Shown here: piece after piece, positions 50,363 to 59,912 of the stretch
How the letters are laid out: the number at the start of each line of letters is the position of its first letter
Position numbering within the stretch: the first letter of the stretch is position 1
Program-made: the position numbers and the translations under genes
The notes under the pieces: generated by a model
What the model saw: only the letters and a program-made list of their open reading frames with translations
Database searches by the model: none
What the model was told of the DNA's origin: nothing
NCBI GenBank assembly: GCA_963836185.1
Contig: CAWIIQ010000004.1
Coordinates: forward strand, 32,001-96,000
Length of the DNA: 64,000 bases
Direction of reading: 5' to 3'
DNA from: Candidatus Krumholzibacteriia bacterium
GTDB taxonomy: Bacteria; Krumholzibacteriota; Krumholzibacteriia; Krumholzibacteriales; Krumholzibacteriaceae

Positions 50363-52363
50363 TCAGCGTTTGCGCCCGGTGCTCCTGCTTCCCGAGGACC
50401 TGCTGCCGGAAGACCTGCTCCCCGAGGACTTACTCCCTGAGGACTTGCTTCCCGATGACCTGGTCGAGCTGCTTTTCGTCGTCGTCCTGCTGCTCGATCC
50501 GGATGAGCTGCTGCTTTTCCTTACTCCGCTGTTTTTCGTCGAACTCTTGCTCGTATTGCTCTTTGTCGAACTGTTGTCGCTCTTTCCGGAATCTTTTGTC
50601 GAGCGCGCCGACGTTCCTGAGCGTGTCGTGGACTTTTTCCTGGCGGAAGACTTTGTGCGGCTGCCGCTCGTATCTCTCTGCTTTGCTTTTCTTTCTTCCT
50701 CCCGGGCCCGGACACGCCTCTCGAGCTCCGAACCGATGTCCTTCCGGCTGGTGCCGCGCTGGTTCGCGGTACCAGTCGAGCCGCGTTCAAAACTCCTGTT
50801 GCTCTTGTCCGTCTTGATAGTGGCCTCACTGGAGGAACCGCGTTCCTTCGTACTTGTCGACCTTGTCGAGCTCTGGTTTGCCGTTCTGGCGCTGCGGGTC
50901 GCCCCGTAGTTGCCGTAGACGCCCCGTTCGTAACGGCTCGCCCTGCCCGTGTTGTACCTGCTCGACTCGAAGGATCTGAATCCCGTCGAGGCCCTTTCCC
51001 TCGTGACCTGCTTTGCCAGGCGTGAACGCTGGTAGCTCCGCACCGTCGCGGCCTGCGTCCTGTCCCTGACAAGCCTGCTGGAGGCCAGGGTCTCGCTGCG
51101 GTTCGCCTTTACCATCGTCGAGGTGTAGTCGAGCGTGCCCCGCTTTGTGAAATCACGGGAGCTCGCTGCGGTAGTGCTCGTCTTCACCCTCGTCGTGGTA
51201 TTGTCAGCCGTGCTGCGTTTCGTGAAACTGCGTCCGGCATAGAGGGACCTGCTGTCGGCAGGGTAGGAATACCCCGGGTAGTATCCGCCGCTCCCGTAAT
51301 ATCCATTCCAGTACCCGTTATTGTAACCGTGCCAGTAGGCATGATACGAATATGGGTGCCAGGAGTAGAACGGGTAATGGTGGTAGTAGGATCCGCCGCC
51401 CCATCCCCAGCCGATCCCCCAGGAGACCCCGTACCAGTTGGAGTAACAGCTGCCATACCAGGGCCAGTATCCCGGCCAGTAGTATGAGTAGGGATAATAG
51501 CCGCTGGAGTAGTAGACGGAGAGGTAGACCTTCTGCTGGTCGTACTCGTAATCGTCATCTCCGAGGGAGAGGTTGTCAGTGTAATATGTGTACGATTCGT
51601 ATTCGTCCTCGGGAGCGCTGCTGCCTGCCTGCACTATGGCGTAGAGCTGCGGGTAGGGGTAGCCGGCATCCTCGTTGATGGCGATAAACTCGATGTCGAC
51701 CTCCGGGCACTCCATCGCGTACGGATCGGGGATCTTGGAGGGCGAGTGGCACTTGTAGCAGAGATAGCCCGGGTAATCGACCTTGTGGTTGATGTAGAAA
51801 AAGGTGTAGTCGGTAGCCGGAGTCATACGCTCCGCGTCAGAGATCAGCTCCTCGTCTATCATGTTGAAGGCGAGGAAAGGATCCATGTCGATCCTCAGCC
51901 TCCTCTCCTCCGGCATAGTGCTGTTCTGCGCGAGGTAGTAGAGCTCGTCACGGTCGATCCGCGATGGATCGTTGACCGCGATGGCATGGATGTACTCGAC
52001 GCCTGTATCTCCTCCGACCTCCCAGGTTATTCCGGCTCCCTGTTCGGGCAGGAAGTATACCTTCCTGCCGCTAACCATCTCTGGCCGACCGTCGGCGGGA
52101 TAGAGCAGGTGCACGTATCCTTCGCTGTCGATGTTGTAGATGATCACATAGGCGTCCGAGCTTGTCTGAAAAGTCAGGTTGATGTCCCGCCCCGGCATCA
52201 GTACCGCGCCTCTTCCGCCGATCAGGCGGAGCGAGACATCGACATCGCTCGCGACGGCGGGCTTCAAGGCAGGTGAACTGTTTATCTCCACCGGTGCGGT
52301 CAAAGCTGCCGCGGGCAATATGACGATTACAGCGAGAAGGAAGAGCAGTAGCGAACGTTTCAT
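50363..52363 (-). CDS. Secreted DUF4384 domain protein with CxxCH, Y/W/G-rich region and S/R/K/T-rich tail
   Basis: Signal peptide MKRSLLLFLL; DAYVIIYNIDSEGYVHLLYP, GVEYIHAIA (DUF4384-like); CYKCH. Confidence 0.75.
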   Translation of the reverse strand: MKRSLLLFLLAVIVILPAAALTAPVEINSSPALKPAVASDVDVSLRLIGGRGAVLMPGRDINLTFQTSSDAYVIIYNIDSEGYVHLLYPADGRPEMVSGRKVYFLPEQGAGITWEVGGDTGVEYIHAIAVNDPSRIDRDELYYLAQNSTMPEERRLRIDMDPFLAFNMIDEELISDAERMTPATDYTFFYINHKVDYPGYLCYKCHSPSKIPDPYAMECPEVDIEFIAINEDAGYPYPQLYAIVQAGSSAPEDEYESYTYYTDNLSLGDDDYEYDQQKVYLSVYYSSGYYPYSYYWPGYWPWYGSCYSNWYGVSWGIGWGWGGGSYYHHYPFYSWHPYSYHAYWHGYNNGYWNGYYGSGGYYPGYSYPADSRSLYAGRSFTKRSTADNTTTRVKTSTTAASSRDFTKRGTLDYTSTMVKANRSETLASSRLVRDRTQAATVRSYQRSRLAKQVTRERASTGFRSFESSRYNTGRASRYERGVYGNYGATRSARTANQSSTRSTSTKERGSSSEATIKTDKSNRSFERGSTGTANQRGTSRKDIGSELERRVRAREEERKAKQRDTSGSRTKSSARKKSTTRSGTSARSTKDSGKSDNSSTKSNTSKSSTKNSGVRKSSSSSGSSSRTTTKSSSTRSSGSKSSGSKSSGSRSSGSRSSGSRSTGRKR
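50388..50462 (-). repeat. Five degenerate 15-nt tandem repeats encoding (R/K)SSGS
   Basis: RSSGS KSSGS KSSGS RSSGS RSSGS at the protein C-terminus. Confidence 0.8.
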
Positions 52364-52479
52364 GGCCAGGACTCCCTTCCAGGGGATACGACTGACGCCG
52401 GTATCGGTGAGGCTGGCACCTCGCCAGAGCGCCATTACACTACTATAACAGTATAGTAGCTTTGTCATCTTATTACAAG

Positions 52480-52494
52480 GCAAAGACCGTTCCA
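52480..52494 (-). promoter_or_regulatory. sigma54 promoter of the DUF4384 gene
   Basis: Minus strand TGGAACG-GTCT-TTGC (GG-N10-GC). Confidence 0.55.
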
Positions 52495-52625
52495 AAAGGC
52501 TTTTCGCCCATTTCCCGGACCATTTCGGGAAACGATGGGGGACAACTGGGATTGGCGTCCGGGACGATCTTCCATTATCTTATACAAACTCTGACAGGGG
52601 GCCGTTCCGGCCTTTTGAAACAAAC

Positions 52626-52654
52626 TTGACCGTCCAGGGGTATAATGATAGATT
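52626..52654 (+). promoter_or_regulatory. sigma70-type promoter of the tol-pal operon
   Basis: TTGACC-17 nt-TAGATT with an extended TGn. Confidence 0.5.
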
Positions 52655-52684
52655 GCCCGGTGAAGCTGGAAAAGGAGGATGAAT

Positions 52685-53359
52685 ATGGGGTTTGCGGGGC
52701 TACCGGTCTTTATGCAGGTGGCGGAGAGCTTTACTGAACTGATAGCGGGGTCAGGCAGCCTGGCCAAGGCTATCCTGGTGCTGCTGCTCGTCCTGTCCGT
52801 CGTTTCGTGGACAATAATGGTTGAAAAAATCAGGTATTTCAAACGGTCGGCGAAACAGAGCGCGGGCTTCCGGAAAGTGTTCGAAAAGGAGTTTTCCCTG
52901 TCCTCTCTAGCGGACAAGGCGGCCGGATATCCGGACAGTCCGGAGGCCTCGATGGTCCTTATGGTCAAGGGAGAGATCGACCGCGGAGAACTTCGCGAAA
53001 TGGAGCATCTCGACGGCTTTCTCGACTCGTCTATGGACGCTATCGTGGCCGAGTGGGAATCGTACCTCATCTTCCTGTCGACTACGGCGACAGTCTCGCC
53101 GTTCCTCGGCCTTCTCGGAACGGTCTGGGGAATCATGAGCTCGTTTCTCAGCATGGGCGTGCGCGGTTCGGCCAATCTCTACGTCGTGGGGCCGGGAATC
53201 GCTGACGCGCTTATCACGACTGTCTTCGGCCTCGGCGCGGCCATACCGGCGGTGATAGGCTATAACTATATCGTTCGCGTAATCAGGCGCCGTGAGGAGA
53301 AGGTAGGATTGTTCGCGGTGCGGTTCAGGACGAGGCTTCTCGAGAAGAGATACTCATGA
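52685..53359 (+). CDS. tolQ: TolQ (MotA/TolQ/ExbB family)
   Basis: SPFLGLLGTVWGIM, GPGIADALITTVFGLGAAIPAVIGYN. Confidence 0.9.
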   Translation: MGFAGLPVFMQVAESFTELIAGSGSLAKAILVLLLVLSVVSWTIMVEKIRYFKRSAKQSAGFRKVFEKEFSLSSLADKAAGYPDSPEASMVLMVKGEIDRGELREMEHLDGFLDSSMDAIVAEWESYLIFLSTTATVSPFLGLLGTVWGIMSSFLSMGVRGSANLYVVGPGIADALITTVFGLGAAIPAVIGYNYIVRVIRRREEKVGLFAVRFRTRLLEKRYS

Positions 53360-53760
53360 AGAAGAGGAACAAAGAGAGATATTCCTCGCTGGCCGAGATA
53401 AACATCACCAATCTCGTCGATGTGATCATGGTGCTTCTGATCGCCTTCATGCTGACCGCGCCATTCCTCCAGGCGGGCGTGAAGCTTCAGCTGCCCAAGG
53501 CTGAAGCGAAAGTCATCGAGGAGCAGGACGGGATAACTGTCTCGATCAACGAGGATGGAGACGTTTTCATAGACAAGCGGAAGATCGAGTGGAGGGAGTT
53601 CTCGGCGGAGCTGCGAAAGGCTCTCGATGAGAATCCTCCAAGGGTATTCCTGCGCGCCGACAAGGAAACGCGTTACGGCCATGTCATGAGGGTGATCGCC
53701 CGGATCAAGATGATGGGCATCGAAGACCTCGGGCTGATCGCCGAGCAGGAAGACAGATGA
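53356..53760 (+). CDS. tolR: TolR (ExbD/TolR family)
   Basis: EINITNLVDVIMVLLIAFM, LRADK..YG. Confidence 0.9.
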   Translation: MKKRNKERYSSLAEINITNLVDVIMVLLIAFMLTAPFLQAGVKLQLPKAEAKVIEEQDGITVSINEDGDVFIDKRKIEWREFSAELRKALDENPPRVFLRADKETRYGHVMRVIARIKMMGIEDLGLIAEQEDR

Positions 53761-53786
53761 TCGGATCCGCATCGAGGGCGGGCGGG

Positions 53787-54414
53787 ATGAGGTTTTCCCT
53801 GCTTATATCGATCCTCGTTCACGTGGTCATCCTGTGGGCGCTGTTGACCCTTTTCGACGTTGTGCCCCAGATGAAGGTGCCGAAGAACATATACAACGTA
53901 AAGATATTCAGGCCCTTTGTCGCCCCGAAGGTCGAGGCGCCGAAGGAGGAGCCGAAGGCGAAGGTCGAGGTCAAAAAGCCCGAGGTCACCACGCCTAAAC
54001 CCAAGCCGAAGGAAAAGAGAGCCCGAGAAGAAGCCGGAGCAGAAACCCGCCGAGACAAAGCCGGAGGACAAGCCGATGGATGTCTCGATGCAGGAGGGCA
54101 GCCAGACCGAGGTCGCGGTCGATGCACCGAAGTTCCCCTTTTCATACTATCTCTCCGCTATCGAGCGGAAGGTGTCGGAGAACTGGCTGTCGGCGCAGGG
54201 GGGAAGGGACGGTGGGGTCGCGTGCGTCGTGTACTTCAAGCTCTCGCGCAACGGCCGGGTCAGCGACCTGAGGGTCGAGACCTCTTCGGGGAACTCCCAT
54301 TTCGACCGTTCTGCGCTGAGAGCGATAAGGAGCGCCGATCCGTTTCCGCCCCTGCCAAGGGCGTTCGGTGAATCGTGGCTCGGGATACATTTTACATTTA
54401 CGCAGAAGAAATAG
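53787..54414 (+). CDS. tolA: TolA/TonB-like protein, frameshift near 54015
   Basis: TM SILVHVV, P/K/E-rich linker, C-domain YYLSAIERKVSENW..SSGNSHFDRSALRAI..PFPPLP. Confidence 0.8.
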
Positions 54415-54458
54415 CCGGCGAAAGATAGCGGCCGGCTGGAGAAAGGAACTGCTGCCTG

Positions 54459-55709
54459 ATGAGACGATACGGGATCCTTGCTGCGCTGCTCATCGTTGTC
54501 ATGACTCCGCCAGGGGCCAGGGCCCAGATGGACGTGCACCTCAGCTCCAACAAAGCGGGCGGGGGCCAGATCCCCATAGTCGTCAATGATCTCGAGATCG
54601 AAAGGGATGATCTTCGCGCGGCCTCTGATTACCTGATATCGATCCTGCGGCAGGACCTGAAGTACACATCCGTTTTCGACCCACTCGAGTTCGCCGCCGG
54701 CACGGATACCCTTCCGGATGGCGGGACCGCCTCGGCGATAGTCGAGGGAAGGCTCTCGTGGGACGGGGAGAAATACTCTCTCGATGCCAGCCTGATCGAC
54801 TTTGTCAGCCGCGAGATGATCTTCGGCAAGAGGTACAGGTTCAAGCATTCCGCTCTCAGGACAGTCGCACACGAGCTTTGCGACGAGATCCTCTTCTTCC
54901 TCATCGGAGAGGCCGGCGTCGCCAGGACCCGTCTGCTGTTTACCAGGCGGGAGGGCGATGTAAAGAACCTTCACGTCATCGACTACGACGGGTACGGGGA
55001 GAAGAAGGTCACTACCGGTGAACTGGTCGTCTCACCTCTCTGGATCGATGATCACAGGTTTGTTTTCACGTCGTACCGCAGGGACAATCCCGACCTGTAC
55101 ATGATCGACCTGTCGAAAGGTTCGCGGAAGATGATATCCCACAGGAAGGGCCTCAATATCGCCGGGGGCTACAATCCTTCCAGCAACGAGCTCGTAGTGA
55201 CGCTCAGCCTGAAGGGAAACAGCGAGATCTACCTGATGGGCCTCGACGGCAAGCTCGGAAGGCGCCTGACAAAGAACCGCTCGATAGACGTATCTCCGGT
55301 CTGGGCCCCGAACGGGAGGGAGATCGTGTTCGTTTCGGACCGCACGAGAGTGCCTCAGCTATACATCATGGACAGGTACGGCGGAAATGTCAGGCGGCTG
55401 ACCACAGAGGGAAATTACAATACCTCTCCAGACTGGTCGCCTAGGGGAGACCTGATCGCTTATTCGTCCCGCGAAGGGGGGCTGTACAGGATGAAGCTGA
55501 TCTCTCCCGACGGCCTGTGGCTCGAGACGGTCTTCGACGATTATCTCAGTTATGAGGACGCCTGCTGGGCTCCGGACGGCAGGCATCTGGCCGCTGTAGT
55601 AAGGTACTCGGGGGAGCCGTGGATCGTGATAATCGATATCGATTCAGGGACCAGAAGAAGGCTTGCAAAGGGAGAGTCGCCGTCCTGGTCCCCCCTGAGA
55701 TCGAGGTGA
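54459..55709 (+). CDS. tolB: TolB beta-propeller protein
   Basis: AHELCDEI, DYDG, repeated SPxWxPxG (PD40) motifs. Confidence 0.9.
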   Translation: MRRYGILAALLIVVMTPPGARAQMDVHLSSNKAGGGQIPIVVNDLEIERDDLRAASDYLISILRQDLKYTSVFDPLEFAAGTDTLPDGGTASAIVEGRLSWDGEKYSLDASLIDFVSREMIFGKRYRFKHSALRTVAHELCDEILFFLIGEAGVARTRLLFTRREGDVKNLHVIDYDGYGEKKVTTGELVVSPLWIDDHRFVFTSYRRDNPDLYMIDLSKGSRKMISHRKGLNIAGGYNPSSNELVVTLSLKGNSEIYLMGLDGKLGRRLTKNRSIDVSPVWAPNGREIVFVSDRTRVPQLYIMDRYGGNVRRLTTEGNYNTSPDWSPRGDLIAYSSREGGLYRMKLISPDGLWLETVFDDYLSYEDACWAPDGRHLAAVVRYSGEPWIVIIDIDSGTRRRLAKGESPSWSPLRSR

Positions 55710-55841
55710 GCTCATTTTTTTAAGGGAAAATCAGTAAAATAATCGTTTTCAATTTCAAGGGCTGAAGGTATGATTGCCGCGATATAGAGAATCGTGGTGG
55801 GTCTGATTGAAACTGTTCCTGAATACAGGAGGTTCGTCGAT

Positions 55842-56363
55842 ATGAAGCGTTATCTTGTACTGTTCCTCGTTCTGATGCTTGCCGCGCTTATGGTGCTGCC
55901 GGCATGTTCGAAGAAAGAGGCTCCTCCGGTAGAAGAGGATATTACTCCCGCCGAGGAAGTACCGCCGCCTCCGCCGCCGCCGGTGGAAGAGGAAGAGCTT
56001 GATGCGATCGAGGAAGAGGAGCTTGAGACTCTGGTCCTCGAGGACATTTTCTTCGATTACGACAAGTACAGCATCAAGGGCGAGTTCAAGATCGTGCTCG
56101 AGGCTAACGCCGATCTTCTGATGCTGCGTGAAGACGCGGTCCTCGTAATCGAGGGGCACTGCGATGAGCGAGGCACATCAGAGTACAATCTCGCGCTTGG
56201 TGAGAAAAGGGCCAAAGCAGTCATGGACTTCTACATCGCTTTCGGCATCGGCGCCGACAGGCTTTCGATGATCAGCTACGGTGAGGAAAGGCCGTTCGAG
56301 TACGGGCACGATGAAGAAGCCTGGGCGATGAACCGCCGCGCTCACATGCTGATAAAGGAATAG
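55842..56363 (+). CDS. pal: Peptidoglycan-associated lipoprotein Pal
   Basis: Lipobox LPAC, IFFDYDK, IEGHCDERGTSEYNLALGEKRA, SYGEERP, NRRA. Confidence 0.95.
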   Translation: MKRYLVLFLVLMLAALMVLPACSKKEAPPVEEDITPAEEVPPPPPPPVEEEELDAIEEEELETLVLEDIFFDYDKYSIKGEFKIVLEANADLLMLREDAVLVIEGHCDERGTSEYNLALGEKRAKAVMDFYIAFGIGADRLSMISYGEERPFEYGHDEEAWAMNRRAHMLIKE

Positions 56364-56373
56364 ACGGGATCTG

Positions 56374-57201
56374 ATGAAAAGACCGGTCAACCGTTTACTG
56401 ATAGTAGTGTCGGTCGCCGCAGCTGCCCTCGTCTTCGGGGGATGCTGGGGCAAGAACTTCTGGAATGCCCAGGAGGCTACTCTGGCGATCGACGCCAAGG
56501 TCGATTCCCTGCTGGGGGAGAATGCCATCCTCCAGAGAAGGATATATCATCTCGAGACTATACTGGAGGGCCAGCAGGAACAGCTTCGCAGAAGCGGGGC
56601 GAGGTCCAGCATGGATCTCGAGGAGATAAAGGACCAGATCGACGCGCTCTACGTGCTGCTCGAAGAGGAGCAGCAGGCTCCCGTGCAGAGATCGGTCCGC
56701 CATCCATCTATCCAGACACCGGTAATACCAGATACAGCCTCGTCGCCGGATTCTCTTCATGAGACCGGCGACGGGGCCGTCTCCTTTCCCGATTCGGGCC
56801 AGGATTCCGGATCCATACCCGGCCCGGAGGAGATGTACCGCCAGATATACCTCGATTTCAGCCGCATGGAGTACGAGATAGCCATCGAGGAATCAGAGGA
56901 GTTCCTTAATGAGTATCCCGGCGATCCGATGACTGAGGATGTCAGGTACGTCAGGGGCGAGTGTTATCTCGAGCTCGACAAGGACCATGATGCCCTGAGG
57001 GAATTCTCGACGATCCTCCAGGACTACCCGCGCGGCAAAAAGACGCCGGCAGTCCTTCTGCGGATGGCGATCACTTACGAAAAGACAGGGGATTCGGAAC
57101 TCGCGCAGGGAGTCGCCGGCAGGCTGATGAGGGAATACCCCGACAGCGAGGAAGCAGCGGAAGCGAGGGAACGGTTCGGCGAATCGCCGGATGAGCAGTG
57201 A
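56374..57201 (+). CDS. cpoB: CpoB/YbgF-like TPR lipoprotein
   Basis: Lipobox FGGC, coiled coil, TPRs with YP turns; follows pal. Confidence 0.8.
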   Translation: MKRPVNRLLIVVSVAAAALVFGGCWGKNFWNAQEATLAIDAKVDSLLGENAILQRRIYHLETILEGQQEQLRRSGARSSMDLEEIKDQIDALYVLLEEEQQAPVQRSVRHPSIQTPVIPDTASSPDSLHETGDGAVSFPDSGQDSGSIPGPEEMYRQIYLDFSRMEYEIAIEESEEFLNEYPGDPMTEDVRYVRGECYLELDKDHDALREFSTILQDYPRGKKTPAVLLRMAITYEKTGDSELAQGVAGRLMREYPDSEEAAEARERFGESPDEQ

Positions 57202-58482
57202 TGCAATCGCCCCCAGTCACGTCTCCCGGAGTACATCTCCCCCTGATAATAGCGGTCATAGTGCTTCTTGTCTTCTCGGCCTTTTTCTCAGGGTCGGAAA
57301 CGGCAATGTTCTCTCTTCAGCGCTCGAATGTGCACGGGATGTCGTCCGGGTCGAAAAAACAGAGGCGGGTAGCCTCTCTGCTCGCGAGGCCGAGGAAGCT
57401 TCTCGTGACCCTTCTTTTCGGCAACCTGCTCGTCAATATCGCCAACACGAGCGTCGTGACCGTTCTAGCCATAAAGCTCTATCGGCGAACGCGGCGTGGG
57501 CTATGCGATGATCCTGATGACCCTTCTTATCCTGATGTTCGGCGAGATCCTTCCCAAGAGCATAGCGATCAAGAGGGCAAACCGGTTCTCGATTCTCGCC
57601 GCGGTACCGATCGGGATGCTCATGTATCTTTTCTATCCGGTTACCATGATCCTGGGAAAGATAGCTGACTCATCGGTGGAGATCTGCCGGAAGCTGTTCG
57701 GTGAGACCAGGGTGGAGTATGCGTCGAGGGAACTGGCCACAGCTGTCGAGATGGGTTACAGGGATGGACTGTTCGACGATTTCGAAAAGGAGATCCTTAC
57801 GAACCTCTTCCTGTTAGCTGAGACGGCCGTTCACGAGATCCTCACACCCCGTGTCGAGGTCTTCGCCCTCGATGTTGATACGACGTTTCAGGATGCCGTA
57901 GCTCAGGTCAGGGGAAAGGGATTTACGAGGGTCCCTCTGTATGAGGGCGATCCTGACAAGATCGTGGGGATACTGCATACAAAGGATCTTCTGCTGTATT
58001 CGAGGAACGAGAGGATAACCCTTCGCGAGATTGTCAGGCCGGTCACTTTTGTGCCTGAGACGAAACCTATCAGAGACCTGCTGGGGGAGCTGACATCCTC
58101 GCACAAGCATGTCGTCATCGTAGTCGATGAGCACGGTTCGTACGAGGGGATCGTGACACTCGAGGATATCCTCGAGGAGATAATCGGAGAGATCCGCGAC
58201 AGGAGAGAGCCTCGCGTAGAGGATTACAACCTGATAGATAATGATCACATCGTAGTCATGGGATCGATGCATCTGGAGGATCTCAACGAAGTATTCGGCA
58301 CGATGCTTGAGTCAAAAGGCGTTGATACTATAAATGGATTCCTCTGCGAATTGACCGGCAGGATCCCGGCTGACGGAGAGTCCTTTACATATGAAGGAAT
58401 ACGGTTTCTTGTGCTGTCAGCGGGAAAGACTAAGATCGAGAAGATCAAGATCGAGCGGCTCGGCGAGGAGGTGGAGGGATGA
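57198..58482 (+). CDS. CNNM/HlyC-CorC family protein (DUF21, CBS, CorC), frameshift near 57480
   Basis: SAFFSGSETA, LLFGNLLVN, FGEILPKS, TRVPLY, VVDEHG, TLEDILEEIIGEI. Confidence 0.9.
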
Positions 58483-59456
58483 GCACAGGTGCGTCCCTGT
58501 CGCTGATCATCCTCGCTATGCTCCTGGCCGCTTTCTTTGCCGGATCCGAGACGGCGATAGTCTCGTGCAGCAAGGTGAAGCTGCACAGCAGGTCCAGGCA
58601 CGGCTCATGGAGAGCCAGGCTGCTCGAGAGGCTTCTTCGTGTACCGGAGTACTTTTTCAGTATCGTGCTAGTCGGCACGAACCTGGCGGTGATCAGCTGC
58701 ACCGCACTGGCGACGGGCCTTGCCGTCAAGCATTTCGGGGATTCAGGAAGCCTCGTGGCGACTGTAGTCATCACACCGGTTCTGCTTATATTCGGGGAGG
58801 TCATACCGAAGTCAGCTTTCCTGTATCACGCGGACGATGTATCGATAAAGGTCGCGCCTGTCCTTCGGGTGATGTCGATAATCCTCTTTCCGCTCGTTTT
58901 TCCCGCCACAATGCTCGCTAGGATGATCTCAAGGCTCACCGGCGCGGGAGAGGGTAAGCTCGACATGCTCGGTTCGCGTGAGGACCTTATATTTCTCTAC
59001 AGGAGGGGCAAGGTCGAGGGAGATCTCGAGGAACGCGATAAACAGATGATAGACGGTGTATTCAGCTTCGGGACTAGGCTGGCGCGTGAGCTCATGATCC
59101 CGATGGACGGTGTCGTGTCCTTCCCCGTCAACGCCTCGGTGGACGAGGTGATAGAGGAAGCCAACAAGCACACATATTCGAGGTTCCCGCTCGTCTCGCC
59201 GAACGACGGGAGCATCGTAGGCATTATCTCACTGTTCGATCTGCTCGGACTCGACGGTGGCGAGAGACTTGCTACTGTCATGCACGAACCGCTCATGGTG
59301 AGCGAGGATGAGTCCGCGGAACGTCTTCTGATCAGGATGAAGGACGAGCCGCTCCATTTCGCCGTTGTCACAAATGGCGAAATGGCAATGGGTATCATAA
59401 CCCTGGAAAACATCCTCGAGAGCATAGTGGGCGACATATCCAACGAGTACGAGTAG
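58479..59456 (+). CDS. Second CNNM family protein (DUF21 plus CBS, no CorC domain)
   Basis: AFFAGSETA, LVGTNL, FGEVIPKS, YSRFP, TLENILESIVGDI. Confidence 0.9.
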   Translation: MSTGASLSLIILAMLLAAFFAGSETAIVSCSKVKLHSRSRHGSWRARLLERLLRVPEYFFSIVLVGTNLAVISCTALATGLAVKHFGDSGSLVATVVITPVLLIFGEVIPKSAFLYHADDVSIKVAPVLRVMSIILFPLVFPATMLARMISRLTGAGEGKLDMLGSREDLIFLYRRGKVEGDLEERDKQMIDGVFSFGTRLARELMIPMDGVVSFPVNASVDEVIEEANKHTYSRFPLVSPNDGSIVGIISLFDLLGLDGGERLATVMHEPLMVSEDESAERLLIRMKDEPLHFAVVTNGEMAMGIITLENILESIVGDISNEYE

Positions 59457-59472
59457 AAGGGAGCAGTGCGGA

Positions 59473-59823
59473 ATGCAACAGTGCGTGGACATGCTGCTGC
59501 AGGGGCTCGAGAAATTCGATGAACCGGCAGCTTTCTATAAGGGCAACAGGATAGTACAGGCCAACCAGAAGTTCGCAGAACTCTTTGAGCGCGATATAGC
59601 GGAATTCAACGACCTGCCGATCATCGATATCTGTCACAACGAATCGATCGAGATGATCCAGGACTTCATAAGGCGACGCGCGCACCACGATGTCGATGTG
59701 CCGATGCATTACGAAGCGGCGTTCAGGACGACCAACCGGCCGAGAGTCGTGATGACTGTCAACGTCCTCAAGCTTCACAACACCGAGGGAGCCGTGCTGG
59801 CGATCCTTCACGAGAAGGGTTGA
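59473..59823 (+). CDS. Stand-alone PAS domain protein
   Basis: IVQANQKFAELF, IIDICH. Confidence 0.65.
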   Translation: MQQCVDMLLQGLEKFDEPAAFYKGNRIVQANQKFAELFERDIAEFNDLPIIDICHNESIEMIQDFIRRRAHHDVDVPMHYEAAFRTTNRPRVVMTVNVLKLHNTEGAVLAILHEKG

Positions 59824-59853
59824 TCTCCGGCGGCTCCGAATAAATCTGGAATA

Positions 59854-59891
59854 TAAAAAGGGCGGGAAGCTTCGCAGCCCCCGCCCTTTTT
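59854..59891. terminator. Bidirectional terminator
   Basis: AAAAAGGGCGG...CCGCCCTTTTT. Confidence 0.8.
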
Positions 59892-59912
59892 CTGCCCGAA
59901 TCACGCGGACCG

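Noticed and set aside
50370-50909. Plus-strand ORF with EDLLP repeats
   Set aside because: It is the antisense reading of the SSGS(K/R) repeats of the DUF4384 gene.
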